Below, piece after piece: positions 50,501 through 63,967 of a DNA stretch of 64,000 bases. Source of the DNA: Haliotis rubra (Eukaryota). The translations under genes were made by a program, and so were the position numbers. The notes below the pieces were generated by a model that saw only the letters and a program-made list of their open reading frames with translations, made no database searches and had not been told where the DNA came from. Positions within the stretch are counted from its first letter, which is position 1. Each line of letters opens with the position of its first letter. The DNA lies in assembly GCF_003918875.1 (NCBI RefSeq), contig NW_025767351.1:186001-250000 (forward strand), given 5' to 3'.

Positions 50501-52932
50501 TATATTCCTACTGACGATGTCTTCGACCTAACCTGACCCCGATTGTCTGCTGCTTACATAGAACATTCACCTGGGTTTACATCAGTTTTCTCGGCTGGTC
50601 ACACTTGGTCATATTCAACAGCACACAAAATGGAAGTGGCGAACATAATTTGACATTTACATCTTATTTCTTCCTGCAATGCATGATTTAGTACTTTTGA
50701 TTCTGGAAATGGTAACTCGAAGCAATGAGACAGCATCGTAATGAAAAATACTTCTATAAAATATTTTAAACACAACTGATATGTTAACAAGTCTTAAATT
50801 TTCAACATAAACAATCAAGTATTTCGGCTACATATGTGCCACATCTACATTTATAAAACTGACATAAATATGAATAGATGTTTACAAAAGTTGAAAATGT
50901 AAAATGTCTACAAGTTCAAGAGTTATACGGACGCCCCCAAGCTACTGTCTAAGGTTCAAGGCTATTTTGCCTCAACGAGCAGATAACGAGACACACCATT
51001 CTACTCAGCATATGATTTCAAACGACTCACTCAACACCAGTAAATACAGTCCTCAAAAACAAACTTTCACTTAAAGGGAAAACTCCACAACATTTAAATG
51101 AGATTAATTTTTTGATTTTCACACATTGTAACAAGAAAACTCGATAAACATCAACAACTTTTCATTTAAAAAAAAGAACGAACACTGCAAACAAGTTATC
51201 ACTTTGTTGAGAAAGAACTGAAGTACATTACATGTCTAAAATGTTCCTCTCCTTCACAATATAAGGCAGCATTTGTTGTTAGACGATGAAGTCAAGAAGG
51301 TCTAACTCTTGCATTTACTAAATAATGGGGTACCTTTGCAGCAGGGGAACTGACAGACACAGGAAGGGCCTGATTCACAAACTCTACATGATAATGCGAT
51401 CTGCAATGAACTGTTAATTTACACCTGTAGCTATTGGCATTTCATACATATCGGACATGATACAGCTAGAAATTGAACAAAGATGTTAAATTAAGGGCCT
51501 TTTTACCAATCTGAATGAGGTATGGTTGCACAAATCATTGATGAAATCAAGCAATATTCTGTGACACAAGTCCCTTCCTGTTTTACAGTATTATAGGATA
51601 TTAGCTTCTGAATACGTCAAGTAACATGATGACAATCTCTCCTTGTAATAAATACTTCAAGAATATGTTCTCAGGTTTATTCCCCACCTACTAATGTATA
51701 TGTACATGAGACAAATAATATTAAATGCAAACATTCTCCACATTGTCATGAAGAGACATTTAACTAAAATGGAGCTTGAATATCGAAGACTCCGAACCAC
51801 CATGAAAATGAAACGTGGCATGAAACAACATGAATTAGAAACAATGATCCCTTTGGTACAGTAAACATGTTAAAATATAAATTGAAAATAAAATGAACTA
51901 CATTGAAACAGTTTCCATCTATCTGGGTACAGAACGTAAGGCCTGGAGTAGCGAGAATCCACATAGAAACCAACTATCCTTACTACGGGCTCTGAGGCCA
52001 AGTCTAGCATAACAATTCATGGTGGATCATAAGACTGCAGGGATAGGTTTCCAACACAGCCACGGAACATTCTCCTGACTCGGATTCACTTGATAGAACT
52101 GTTCAGGTTGTCCCGGCACAAGTAATATGTAATCGGCAAAGTGTGTAAGTTTGGGGATTAGTAATATAAGTGCAGATTTTGAGGCGACATTAATACTGTA
52201 AGGATTCCATAGTTGCTTGAGACATAATACAATGGCAAGACAGGCTTATGGAATAGTTATGGAAATAATTGGTATGAAATCTTTCTCTGGACTATATGCA
52301 AGCAAAAAAGCATCTAAACTGCAAATCTGAAATCTCTATCCATAAGCACTCTTTGGATAATCAATGGACACAGCATGGATCATATTCATATGGCTAAAGC
52401 ATGATTAAGGCTGATGTTGAACTACCTCAACTTGATACAAGTAATCCCTGCAGTCTTAATAAGCATAAAAGAACAAAATTAAAATCAAATACAATTCCTT
52501 CACCAAAATGATGGGTGATATCGCTTGAATCACTGAACACATTTCCGCTGTCGTCTTGCAGGCAGTGCCACCATCTCTATCGTGTCGCCCAACAATGGTA
52601 CCCCAATACAGAAACATGTACACCTTGGACGAGAACTTGAATAAAACAAACCACATCTCCCTCTCTCGCCCAACCACAGTTATTTATCACTTTCAGCAGT
52701 CTGTAGCCCAGAACCATGCTGATCACATTGCTTAGGGAGGATTAACCTTGACCCAAGATCAGGGTCAGTCGGTCGGTCGGGCGAGAGAATCAACCAATCG
52801 TTGATGTCGGAGGAAGCTAGCGGGCTACAGTGACAACAGCTATTTACGTGACAGGCAAACTCATTTGTTTGAGGAGACATGAAGGACAGCACGGCAACAT
52901 GGGTAACACGCCACGACGCACGGCACGGTCAT
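47555..52932 (-). other. Probable terminal 3'UTR exon of CELF
   Basis: Long polypyrimidine tract + TAG acceptor at 52934-52933; no recognisable TE in ~5.4 kb; TGTA...ATTAAA (47578-47573) followed by GU-rich sequence. Confidence 0.55.
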
Positions 52933-53254
52933 CTACATAGAAAAGAAGCAAAAAGAAAACAAATTAAAAACATTGCCCCAAGCAGTTGGATTTAGTCAGT
53001 CTGGCCTTTGTTTAAATGGGGTGATACTGTTAGATTAACAGAAGTGATGGTTAAGGATTCACAGAGGAATGGGACAGAACAGAATAGTGTCATGATTGGA
53101 GGACTGATGCCTCAATAATCACGCTGAGAAAAACTGATTTGAGTTCACAAGAAATGTACCTGCACTATCATTCCATGAAAATGTTCCTTAACTGCATTCA
53201 ATTTATGACAACTTCACAGTATGACATGTATTTGGCAAGTTTTCACACCATACA

Positions 53255-53644
53255 CAGGGGTTCAAAAATCCCATCGCCCGAACCCCGGGGCAATTCAGTT
53301 TTCATTTCGGGCAATCAAATAATGGTATCTTACTTGTCCGTGGGCTACTAGATAATTTCCACTTATGGTTTCAAACTGCAAATAAACTTGGATCTTAATT
53401 TCATATCTGCTCAAAATGTAGCTATTAAATTTTGCAATGATAATATAGTAGAGTTATCTTTCTTTGCTATTTATCAATTTTCAATAAATAGTCCAGTAAA
53501 CATTAACATCAAATACCATGTTGATTTATTCTTTCATAATTACATCATCATGATTATGTCATAAAATCAGGGCAAGAGGAAAATTAGTCAGGACAAGTTA
53601 CACTTGTGGCAAGTGGCTTTTTAAAAAAAAAAATTGAACCCCTG
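53255..53644. mobile_element. Non-autonomous DNA transposon, TIR caggggttcaa, 5-bp TSD ataca
   Basis: TIRs and TSD seen. Confidence 0.75.
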
Positions 53645-55469
53645 ATACAACAGAAACACAACAAACCACACAGACAGCACACCACACAAACATCAGAAAC
53701 CTGCCCATGCCGTACAAAACATCCTTCATAACATGCACCAAAATCCAAGTTCATGATTCATACATTTTGAAGGTTGGGAAGTAAAAGAGCCAGAGAATGA
53801 GTCCTGCGAGTAGGAGAGAGATGGAGCCAGGTCATGGACCTCATGGCCAACAACAGCAGGTGGATGAGGGAGAACACAAAGGCCAGACAGAAGCCAGAGA
53901 GCAAGGAGAGACAGACAAACAGGTGGCTGGGTTATCAAATCGCAGAGGGGCTAGCACTAGGAGACCATACAGGACAACCCATACAGGACAACCCGTACAG
54001 GACAACCTAACACACAACAAAACGTGTCTCCAGAAACATCAGTTCAGATATGATGTCTTCGGAATAAATCTTGCCCATTGACAGATAACAGACATTTTGG
54101 ATACCATAAGTTCCTAGCCATACACTGTCAAAATTTATTCAAATCCTGGGGTGACTATCACTAAATCAAAAAAACTTAACCGTGTCCTTTCCGTATTCAT
54201 GAGTATCCCCTGAATTTACTTCTCACTGAAGCACTGGACAATAAGCTGTTATTACTCCCTGACAATCCACTGTCAAAAATGACAAGGTCTCGACATATTC
54301 TCTACTAAAGGTAAAAACTTTCAGTATAACCTTCCCTGTCTGATGGTTTCATTCGTGCCAAATATATTCTTTTGCTATTCATCATCAAACTAGTCATTTA
54401 CATAGCGCTTGTTTCCTGTACGTGAAAGTCTGCTCGAAGGCGCTTAGAGGAGCTCTGACACAAAGTTTTCAGTTGTATGCCATTTTGAAGAAGTGGGTTT
54501 TCAAATATATCTTCCAATGCATTAACCTTCCAGCTTATCGTCACCTTCCATATTATACGACCACTGCCACTGACATCAAAGCCCACACATCCTATTTTTC
54601 CTGAACCAAGACAAAGCATGCCATTAATGGTGCCAAGACTCATTGATAGAGCATACAGAAGGACAGGACAAACATGGGGGGACAAAAAAACACTGAAGAT
54701 GGACAGTCACTGGCAACAAACAGCTGGGTCATCTCTGCTGTTTACACACTGTTGCAGGACATCAATATCCAAACCATGTCCATCTTGTCAGGATATCAGA
54801 TACAGGCAAGACAGAGGTAGATGACAATCTTTCAACCTGAGACAGTGTTGAGAGTATTAGAACAGCTCATAAATCCAATGGTTAAAATTATATACCGATT
54901 CTGAATATATACTGTATATCTGACAATCTTGCAATGATTATCGCTGTTGTAAACTGTTCAAAACTGCCATATCCATTGTCCAATGTGACATTTAAAACAA
55001 TGATTTAAAAAAACTTCATTCTGATAACAGATATGTCTATCTTTACAGCAACATTAAATCTGACCTTGTGTTCATTTTATCGAAACGTGTGTCACAAATT
55101 CTTCAATGAAAGTGTTAAAATTTAAGAACAAAAGGGCTGAATCTCGACTTGGGACAATGACTGAGACATAGACCATCACAACAATGTTAGGATTGCAGTG
55201 TACATTTTCAACACATGAAAATTTATCACCAAGTAACTTGCATTTCTTAGAAAATCATAAGAACAGACAAGCACCACACAGACAAATCTGTCTGTGCATG
55301 AGTCAATGAGTGTCCCTTCTTCTCAACGCCACCTATGTTTAGACTGTCATGTACCTCTCTGCCCACCATATGTTCACCTGTGGAACTCGACAGTCAGGAC
55401 TGTTGTCAGCATGGCATTTACTGATAAGCTCCTACCTTGGGGGTACTCACCGTGCTAACAAACAGCTAG

Positions 55470-55597
55470 CTAGTAGGGCTTGCTGTCGTTTTTTGGACGC
55501 TTTAACTGGACTTTGAGGCGTTTCATGCCGATCTGGAACCCGTTCATGGCCTGTATTGCTGCTTGAGCCGACATGGGGTTGTCGTAGCTCACAAAAC
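55470..55597 (-). CDS. CELF1/2: CELF last coding exon: [42 protein letters not shown]
   Basis: Canonical CELF C-terminus; TAG at 55472-55470; donor cacg|gtgagt 19 nt later (exon end 55451). Confidence 0.97.
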
Positions 55598-55761
55598 CTG
55601 CATCAGGGTATGGTATTGTCACTACTTACAGCTCTCAGGCAGAGAAACTGTTACAATCAAGACTAAACATTTCGAGCACATCAACACAAAGGCTTACAGA
55701 TTATTGCTGAAATTACAAACCGGTAATCATCTGACGCACAAGCCTATTCTATTTTTCGACA

Positions 55762-55792
<31 letters not shown>

Positions 55793-56411
55793 TGTGTTTA
55801 GATTTGCGAATTTTGATTTAATACAGCTTTGAAAATTATTTCCGTTCACACATATTTCAGGTCAACGATATTACAATTTTGGAAACCGTAACTGCAACAT
55901 GGTGCTGACAGACCAGAAATACAGGCAAGTTTGTTTTGAAACAATAATTGTAAGACTCCAGCATGCCTACTCATCACAGAAATGCAGCCATACTGGCCTT
56001 TGGCTTCCACTGGAATTATTTGTTGTCTTAACTCTGACATTCAGCAATATTCCCTGTAAGATGGCAGTCTGTACAAATTAAGTCTAGACTACACAATGAT
56101 CTGATTGACATCAATAGTGTGGATGTGAGCAGTTATAAATAATATGCATAAAAAAAGAGCACACTATATCATTAGTCGCCGCTTGTGGCAAGCATGGCCT
56201 ACTTTCGATTATTGTGGACTCCTGAAGGGCTATTCTAAACTTCACCAATCATTTGAGAAGAGCTTTTAACATAAGGATCATCATTAGCTAAACTTCCAAT
56301 TCCAAAAGGAATTTGACTGGACAATGACTGATGGTCAAAGTTTGACAGTCATAGATTAAATCAGAGGTGGTCATCATGAACAACAACTTTGTCTAATACT
56401 GCATTACTTAC

Positions 56412-56555
56412 CGAAGCACTTGCTGAGGTTGGTTTGTTTGTCAATGAAAACTTTTGCTGAGATCACATTTCCAAACGGCACAAACATCTGCATTAAATCA
56501 TGGTCACTGAATTCTTGTGGGAGATGATAGATGAACAGGTTGGCTCCCTCCGGGC
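56412..56555 (-). CDS. CELF1/2: CELF RRM3 exon: [48 protein letters not shown](G)
   Basis: Near-identical to CELF1/2 RRM3; tttcag| and |gtaagt splice sites. Confidence 0.97.
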
Positions 56556-57870
56556 CTGAAATCGAAGCTACTGATGATATATGAGGTGAATCTCAACAGC
56601 AGGTCAGCACAGCACAGCAGCAACATGGAAAACAACATGTCTCACCTTGCACAGCAGAAATAGGGACTAAACTTCAGATATCTCTATGAAACAATCTATC
56701 CATGGGGCATGGAAGGGATTATGATTTTACTTTTGTAGCACTCTTTGGAATACATATTATTTCAAATAAGAATTAGTCATTTCAATATTCCTTTTACATG
56801 TTCAATTTATTGTCACAAATATCAGAACTCATTTGACTTTGAGAGAAGATTTGTAAAATCATATGATTGAGAATCAGTTACATGAATTTGAAAGATCACT
56901 TTATGAATAAATTGTGTTAATGAATGTCAAGTCCCTGTAAGGAAATGCTTCTGAAGTTGAATCCACATACAGATAAAGCATGATGTAACAATAGCTAAAG
57001 CAGTGCAAGTTATTGCTTTAAGAAGTGCAGATTAATCACATTTGAAAGTTGAAAGAAAGAGAAAGTTCACAAAGACAGAAGCTGTTGTCAGTAATATAAA
57101 AACATGAGGGAAATTACAGAAAATACCATCTACAATAAAAACCCTAGTCTTGTTCCCACAACCCTTCTAGATTAAAATCTACCGGCATCTAATTTACCGT
57201 AATTTTTGGTGTAAAGTCCACAAAGCTGATACAAGGCCTTCCCTTGAAAGCTACTGCTGTGATCTTCCCCTGCACTAGCAGTGTAAAGTCCCCACTCTGT
57301 TCCTATAACACAACGGACACCAGGTCAAACTACCACTCTTACACTCCCATCACCATCAGGAGGGGGGACACCTCTTTCAATCTCCCATCAGCATCAGGGA
57401 GGTAGCATTGCTCTAATCAACATTAGAGGGAGGGACACCACTCTTACGTTCCCCATCACCAGCACGAGGCAGACACCACCCTCCTTTCTACACCAGAAGG
57501 GAGGGACACTACTTTTACACTCCCATCAACATGAAGGGGATGTCACTCCTAAAATCCCATCACCAGCACGACTTGGGTTACAACAATACCCACTCAAATT
57601 GGATAACCATCTTGGCTTCTTTCATTAGGTATGTGTCTACTGATGTTATCAGAATGGGAATGCATCAAATCTACCTTGGCAGTAACTGTGGTTTAAGAAT
57701 AGATATTTAATTTTTTTTAGACAATTTCTGTTTTGATTCCTGATTTCGATGACCTGCTGAAGAAGTATGTCTTAATGATTTAGCTTCAATTTGCTGTCTT
57801 TCAGTGGCATTTAGAAGTTGTACATTGATGTCCAAGATATTTTTATGGATTAAACTTCTTTTTAATTTCT

Positions 57871-57915
57871 CTCATGATGTTTCGAGACCATTCCAGGTCC
57901 CTTCATCAGGTGAAC
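57871..57915 (-). ncRNA. Decayed type-I minimal hammerhead ribozyme (Penelope-like terminal repeat remnant)
   Basis: TTCAC-CTGATGA-A-GGGACC/GGTCTC-GAAA-CATC-ATGAG followed by ATTAAA. Confidence 0.65.
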
Positions 57916-58249
57916 TGGCAGTTAGGACTATGACGTCGTCGCTATACACCAATTTGCTGTTCCATCAACCGTGTAAATATCCAAGAACTAGAATGTTCTT
58001 TAAATCCAACGAGACAAGATAAACATTGAAAATCAGTGACATCCAAAGCCTACTTTACAATTCCCCACCCGTTGAACACACCAGGAATTATGGTGGTATA
58101 GGCTGGAATACATTGATATGACTTGTCTGGTAAGGGGACAGAGCACTATAACCAAGCTAGGTAGGTCTACAGCAATTTTCCGGTGTAGAGACATGGATGG
58201 ATGGACTGGAATACTCGTGTACCCTACTAATCCATGGTACATCTACCCC

Positions 58250-58790
58250 TTCAGCAGTCTTAAGACATAGCACCAAGTAAGGATTGAGGTTTGGGGTGGG
58301 GGTGGGCTTGAATAGGAGGAATACACCAGTATCACATGCACTGGAAAGAGAGACGAACACCCTGGCCCTGGTAGGTCTACCATCTACCCTGTCAGCTACC
58401 TTAGATCACAGCACCAAGTAAGGATCAACATTTGAGGAGGCTTGAATAGGAGGAATACACCAGTATCATGTGCACTGGAAAGAGAGAACGAACACCCTGG
58501 CCATGGTAGGGCTACCATCTACCCTGTCAGCTACCTTAGGACACAGCACCAAATAAGGACTAAGTTTAGGACAGGCTAAAGCAGGAGGAATTCACCAGTG
58601 TCACGTGCATTGGAGACAGGGCTGTGCACCCTGGCCCTGGTAGGGCTACCTACTACCCTGTCAGCTACCTTAGGACCACAGCACCTAGTAAGGATTAAGT
58701 TCAGGACAGGTTTAAATAGGAGGAATATACCAGTGTCACATGCATTGGAGAGACGGCTGTGCACCCTGGCCATGGTAGGTTTACCATATA
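58250..58790. repeat. ~135-bp diverged tandem repeat, ~4 copies
   Basis: aataggaggaat motif at 58311, 58445 and 58715, with a variant at ~58580. Confidence 0.85.
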
Positions 58791-59102
58791 GAGTAACTTG
58801 TAAGTACACAGTGGTGGACAGAAGAGAGTGGAGAGGAATATGGTATCATGTGGAATAACTTCATCCCTGTGACTACTAAGAGCTCAAAAGATGAAGACAA
58901 AAAGTCAGGGTAAATACGTATTACAATCTCTCCTATGAAAATCACAGGACAATTTCTAATAATAATTGTATGTAAGACAAATTACTTGAAATATTTAGTT
59001 GAAGTTCCTTGCTTGAAATGTTTCCCTAACAAGGTAACATACACATGTAGAAAACGAAGGTGCACCAAGAGATTTTATGTCACTTCAGGCACTTGGCAAC
59101 AT

Positions 59103-59481
59103 CAGGGCTCGAAAAATTAAATCTGCACTCTCCATACAGGGCGTGTAATATGAACTTTCCACTCGTCCTTCTAAAACTTGTACTTGCCCTATTGATCATG
59201 CATCACAATGAATATAAATTTAAATTATTTTTATTTCAAAATGTTTGCTTGGAATAAAACTAGAAAAAACATTATTTACTTTGTCGTCTGTACAAAATCT
59301 TTGACAAAATTAAATTCGTTCAAAGTTTAAGATAGCTTAACTTCAAGGAAAAAGAAAAATGTTACTTTTGGGTGAGAAAACGTACTCGTCCTCTAGGACA
59401 AGCAAATTATGTTCTTCACACCTTGCCCGAAACAAATTTGACTCATCAATACGAGCGGACGAGTGGAATTAAAGAGCCCTG
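59103..59481. mobile_element. Non-autonomous DNA transposon, TIR cagggctc, flanks aacat/tacat
   Basis: TIRs; ctcgtcc subterminal repeats. Confidence 0.7.
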
Positions 59482-60720
59482 TACATGACACCCAGTATCA
59501 AACAGTTCATCATGGGGACTGAACTCGAACCTTTGGCAGCAAAACTATCACACTAACAACTGGGACACCCAGGAGAATTCAGAAAGAAGTGCCATGGAAG
59601 ACAGAACTGCACTGATGAAAGAACCTTGCATGTCCTCAACAGACACACTAAATTCCTGCAGACGTTGATATAAAAGGATAACCAAAACTGAAGGGAAAAC
59701 ATTTAGCAAATTAAATTTCATGCAACAACAAAAAAAACAAAGTGTCTGAGGAAAACATATAGCAAATGTCTTCACAAAATATATTAGAATCTAATACTGG
59801 TAGCCACTGCCAAAAGCTCTATACAACCAATATTCAAGTTCAACGCCTTTGACTCGTAGTTAAAGCACTCCCATACATATAACCATCTTTTCCAAAAAGG
59901 GTTTTCTGACTCTTTGATCAATAAAATTCCAGAATTATCACTGGGATGCAGTGAAAAAAGAACATAAACCTGAAAATCATCATCAGAAGTGTTTTGAGTT
60001 TGGGACTTATCTTCAAGGCATGAATTGATGCCCAACATGGATTTATCTAGTGTATAGTCAAGACAAGTTTATTTCTTACATAATCTTCTGCAAATGAGGA
60101 CAAACAGTTTGGGACTAGACACGGAAGGAACCTTTTGAAACGGATTGAAAATTCATAATCAAGACAAGTTTATTTTGGACATAATCTTCTGAAAATGAGG
60201 ATGAACAGTTTGGGGCCAGATGCTGGATTATGTTTTTGAGACAGATTAGGAAGATAGATAATTACTGAAGGCTGACCGCATGGACATACTTAGTGAGTAA
60301 TGTGTAGAGGAGAGGAAGGAAACAGGGCAGAGGGCTCTGACAGTATGAGGTGAGTAATCCAAGCAGAGAGAAGCAGGGTGCTGGGACACACACACAATGA
60401 AAACCCAACAAGTGCTACAACAGTTCCACCAATGTCACACTAGTTCTTCCTGACAACCACCCACACTCAGATGTTAGTGTGCAACATGGTTAATACTTGA
60501 GACGTCAGGGACAAACTTTATGTCTGTGAAAAACTATTTTCGCCAATAGATGACAATATGATTAAATACTGCCTTCAAGTAGCATTGAAGATACATTAAT
60601 ACGGCTTTAAAGTTCTGGTATCCAAAAGCAAATATTGCTCGATGGTTCTCCACAAGTCTTGCAACTATTTGCATTGATGAAGCAAGGATCGAGAAAAGCT
60701 CATCAAGGTAAGTAACTCAC

Positions 60721-60807
60721 CTTCAGTCTGCTTCCCTGCAGGAGAGGCTGCAGCTTGCTGAAGTTGGGCTGCTGCTGTTGGACTGCTGAAAGCGTTGGGG
60801 AAAGATG
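60721..60807 (-). CDS. CELF1/2: CELF exon: (A)SFPNAFSSPTAAAQLQQAAASPAGKQTE(G)
   Basis: tttccatttcag| acceptor, gaag|gtgagt donor, phase 1-1; KQTEG precedes RRM3 as in CELF proteins. Confidence 0.9.
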
Positions 60808-61942
60808 CTGAAATGGAAAGGAAAACATGCTTAATAATGTGTATGGACAAGTATCACTAAAATCCAAAACGCAGTAGCGTGTTAGTTGTGATCAAATTAG
60901 GATCAGTAAAGAGGAAATAAAAAACAGTCCAAACAGTAAGTATCAGATGTCAAAACCATATTTCTGTTGGGGCTAAATATTTTTGCAATAATGGAGTTGT
61001 GATAAAAGATATAAAAGGTGAGTAGACATATACATTTTTATCCAAAGTTTGTCAAGAGAACTGAATCAGAACAGAACCACATGTATATAAAATTCCTGTG
61101 AGAGTGCAGGACATTTTACGCAGGTGAGGAGCTATCCATGCAGCCAATGCATGGAGCTTGTGTTGCCACCTACAGATAACGTCTCACTTTGAGGCCTTAT
61201 CATGTATAGTCATTGATGCCTGGGTCATTACATGCAATGCAATAATACTTAAAGATCAGTTAGTCATGAATAAAATATTTCAGTTTTCAAACTCAATTCA
61301 TAATGTGACAAAAAGAAGCAAAGCAGAACAAATGGAACACAAACAGACCCAGGATTTGACATATGAACAAAAAGCAGTGAAAAATATGTGAGTTGCTTCC
61401 CTTTGATCCTGCATGGTCTTTGACTTGCGATGACCTTAGTGCAGATTATTCCTTCATAACCAGGTGAATTAACTAATCAATAATAAGGAAGCGTAGTGAA
61501 GTTGTAACACTCTTCGAAGGCTAGTTAGCAATAATCTCAATATTGCATTGACTGTTATTTTTGAAAAAATGTTACTAAGAGATCAAATGAGTGAAATCAC
61601 TGACATATTTACACTGCTCCAATGTCTCTGTGACACACAATTTTCAAATAATTTTTAATAATACTAAGAAGTTGATCACCAAAGAACCAAATATGAGGAA
61701 AAATCTGGACGCACATTTCCAAACCAGTTAACTAGACAATAGTGGTTGAATCAAAATGGCAGATAAATTTACCGAGATACACATAACAAATTTCAACATT
61801 TGCTCAACATTACAAATGTTTACTATCCTGAGTTGATTAATCCAGACAGGTCCGCATGCACGATTTCACATGCCAGTCAATGAAAGCACTGCACCAATTA
61901 TACTATACAAAACCTACATGCATATTCTTTGACCATCATATT

Positions 61943-62292
61943 CAGGGATAGAAATACTTTTTTTTCTAAGTGTGCCTTAGGGCACCAGACAAATATTTTA
62001 GGTGTGCCTTTCAGAAATCAAGTGTGCCCACATGTTTTTAGAATAAATGACAATGATGATGATCATTTGAAATTTATTGTTAAATAAAGAAATGGGTTTA
62101 TGAGCATTCAAATATGTATGGTATTACTTAGTTTGGAAAAAAATAATTGTTTGGGGGATTAAATGACTAACTGTGAGTTATGTCTCTGAAAAATCAGGAG
62201 TGTCAAAAGGGCACCGAGAACATTTTTTAGCCGTGCCATTTCAATAATTACCGTGCCATGGCACACTAATATATGGGGTATTTCGAACTCTG
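61943..62292. mobile_element. hAT-like MITE
   Basis: TIR cagggatagaaatac / gtatttcgaactctg; gtgcc subterminal repeats. Confidence 0.6.
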
Positions 62293-62800
62293 GAGTTAGT
62301 TGTGGATAAAACAACATGGTGAAGCTGTTACTCAACAGGGAAAAAACAAACAAAGCATTCACAACGCATTCATGAAACCAAATTTTGTCAAAATTAATCA
62401 AATGAAATGAAATGAGAAAGCTTCACTCAAACTAGAGCTGTCCAGTATCTCAAGTTTCAATTTGCCTCCTTGATCACCTTGACCTATGAAACTCTTCAAA
62501 CTGGTTTCATCAAATGAGAGAGATAACCAAACTTGTCAGTAACACACCCTTCACATATGAATGTTTTCATGGAAGTGTTGGTTTCATACACAAAGCAGCT
62601 GATGCCACTTAACATCATTCCAAGGGTAAAATGCAGGCTGCTACTTTCAAGAGCAGACGGCAAAGTCAGCCATGTTACCTCTTTCAGAATCTGAGCCAAC
62701 TCTTCACCAGGACGAATGCCAGTTGTCAAACATTTAACAAAAAATTTCAACCAATAATGACAGAAATAAATGAGTGAACCCATGATTATGTTTTATCACC

Positions 62801-62964
62801 TGAGTGAGTGAGTTTAGTTTATGCCACTTTTAGCAATATTTCAGCAATATCACGGCAGGGTACTCCAGAAATGGGCTTCACACATTGTACCCATGTGGGG
62901 ACTCGAACCCGGGTCTTCAGTGTGACGAGTAATCGCTTTAACTACTTGGTTACCCCCATCCCAC
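62801..62964 (-). mobile_element. SINE family 1 (TSD ttatcacctga) in a CELF intron
   Basis: Family body, TSD. Confidence 0.88.
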
Positions 62965-63742
62965 TTATCACCTGAACTATTAACAGAAAATATCACTTAT
63001 GAAAATACTCAATGCCTGTCAACATCAGAATATGGCATCCCCATCACAGAATTGCTTCTTGTGACCTGTGGCTGGCATATCAAGACCAACTGTGAAGAGA
63101 TAGTCCCAGGTTCCACCTTCTGCCATGAGGTAAGCAGAAGCCTGCAGCAGTTAGTGTGTGACTTGTTAGATCAAACAGCATAGCAAAAGACCTGCCACCT
63201 ATCCTGCTACACCTTCAATACCACCTAGCACTGCCACAGATCCTCCGCTGCCCAAACCCATGCATATACAGCAGTGATCTTAACTACGATGCTTCAGCTT
63301 TAGATTCCCAAGTGTGAAGGATTTGAAGCTAATTTTCCAAGACTTTAAGTGCATTATCAAGCCATTAGCATTTGTGTGAGCTCCACACTGGAACCATGCT
63401 TCTAATTCAGCTTATAACCAGTGGTAAAGATTCAGTGCAGAATTAGTGATCACTAAAATATAGCTCAGCAATCTTATCTTGCAGACACTGGTGCAAAATC
63501 CAAATCCATTATATCAAAGAATTAATTTGGTTAGGTGCAGGAAAGAGATATATATTGAAATCAATGTATTCGTCTTCAGTATAATAACAAAAAAGGTTCA
63601 GGTTGTTTCTTCACTATCGGAGAGTTGACAGGTCGGCTGGGTGAGAGACAAAAACTACGAACAAGTGGACACGCGGATGTACGGACACTGACGGGCACAC
63701 ACCTGCAAAATGAAAGTAGAAAATGAAGAAACGAACCTTTAC

Positions 63743-63967
63743 CTGGAGTGAGTAAACCTGACAAACCTGCGTATTGCTGGATACCAGTGTAGGCTTGGCT
63801 CAGGGCATCAATGCCCTGGGGGTTGGAGGTGGAACCTAGGCCGTTCATGCCGCCGTTCATGCCGCCCTGTGTGAGGGCAGAGATACCAGACATATTGCTG
63901 GCCGACAGGCTGGGAATACCGATGCCACCCAAGGCAGTGCTGGTTGTTGTTGTGCCAGACATGCTGC
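63743..63967 (-). CDS. CELF1/2: CELF1/2 (CUGBP/Bruno-like) linker exon: GSMSG...DALSQAYTGIQQYA(GLSGLLTP)
   Basis: tctttcttcacag| acceptor; ALSQAYTGIQQYA is the conserved CELF linker motif; donors at 63767, 63758 and 63743 are all phase 1. Confidence 0.9.

Noticed and set aside
53726-54824. Short ORFs downstream of the CELF stop
   Set aside because: They lie in the inferred 3'UTR intron and show no domain or splice support
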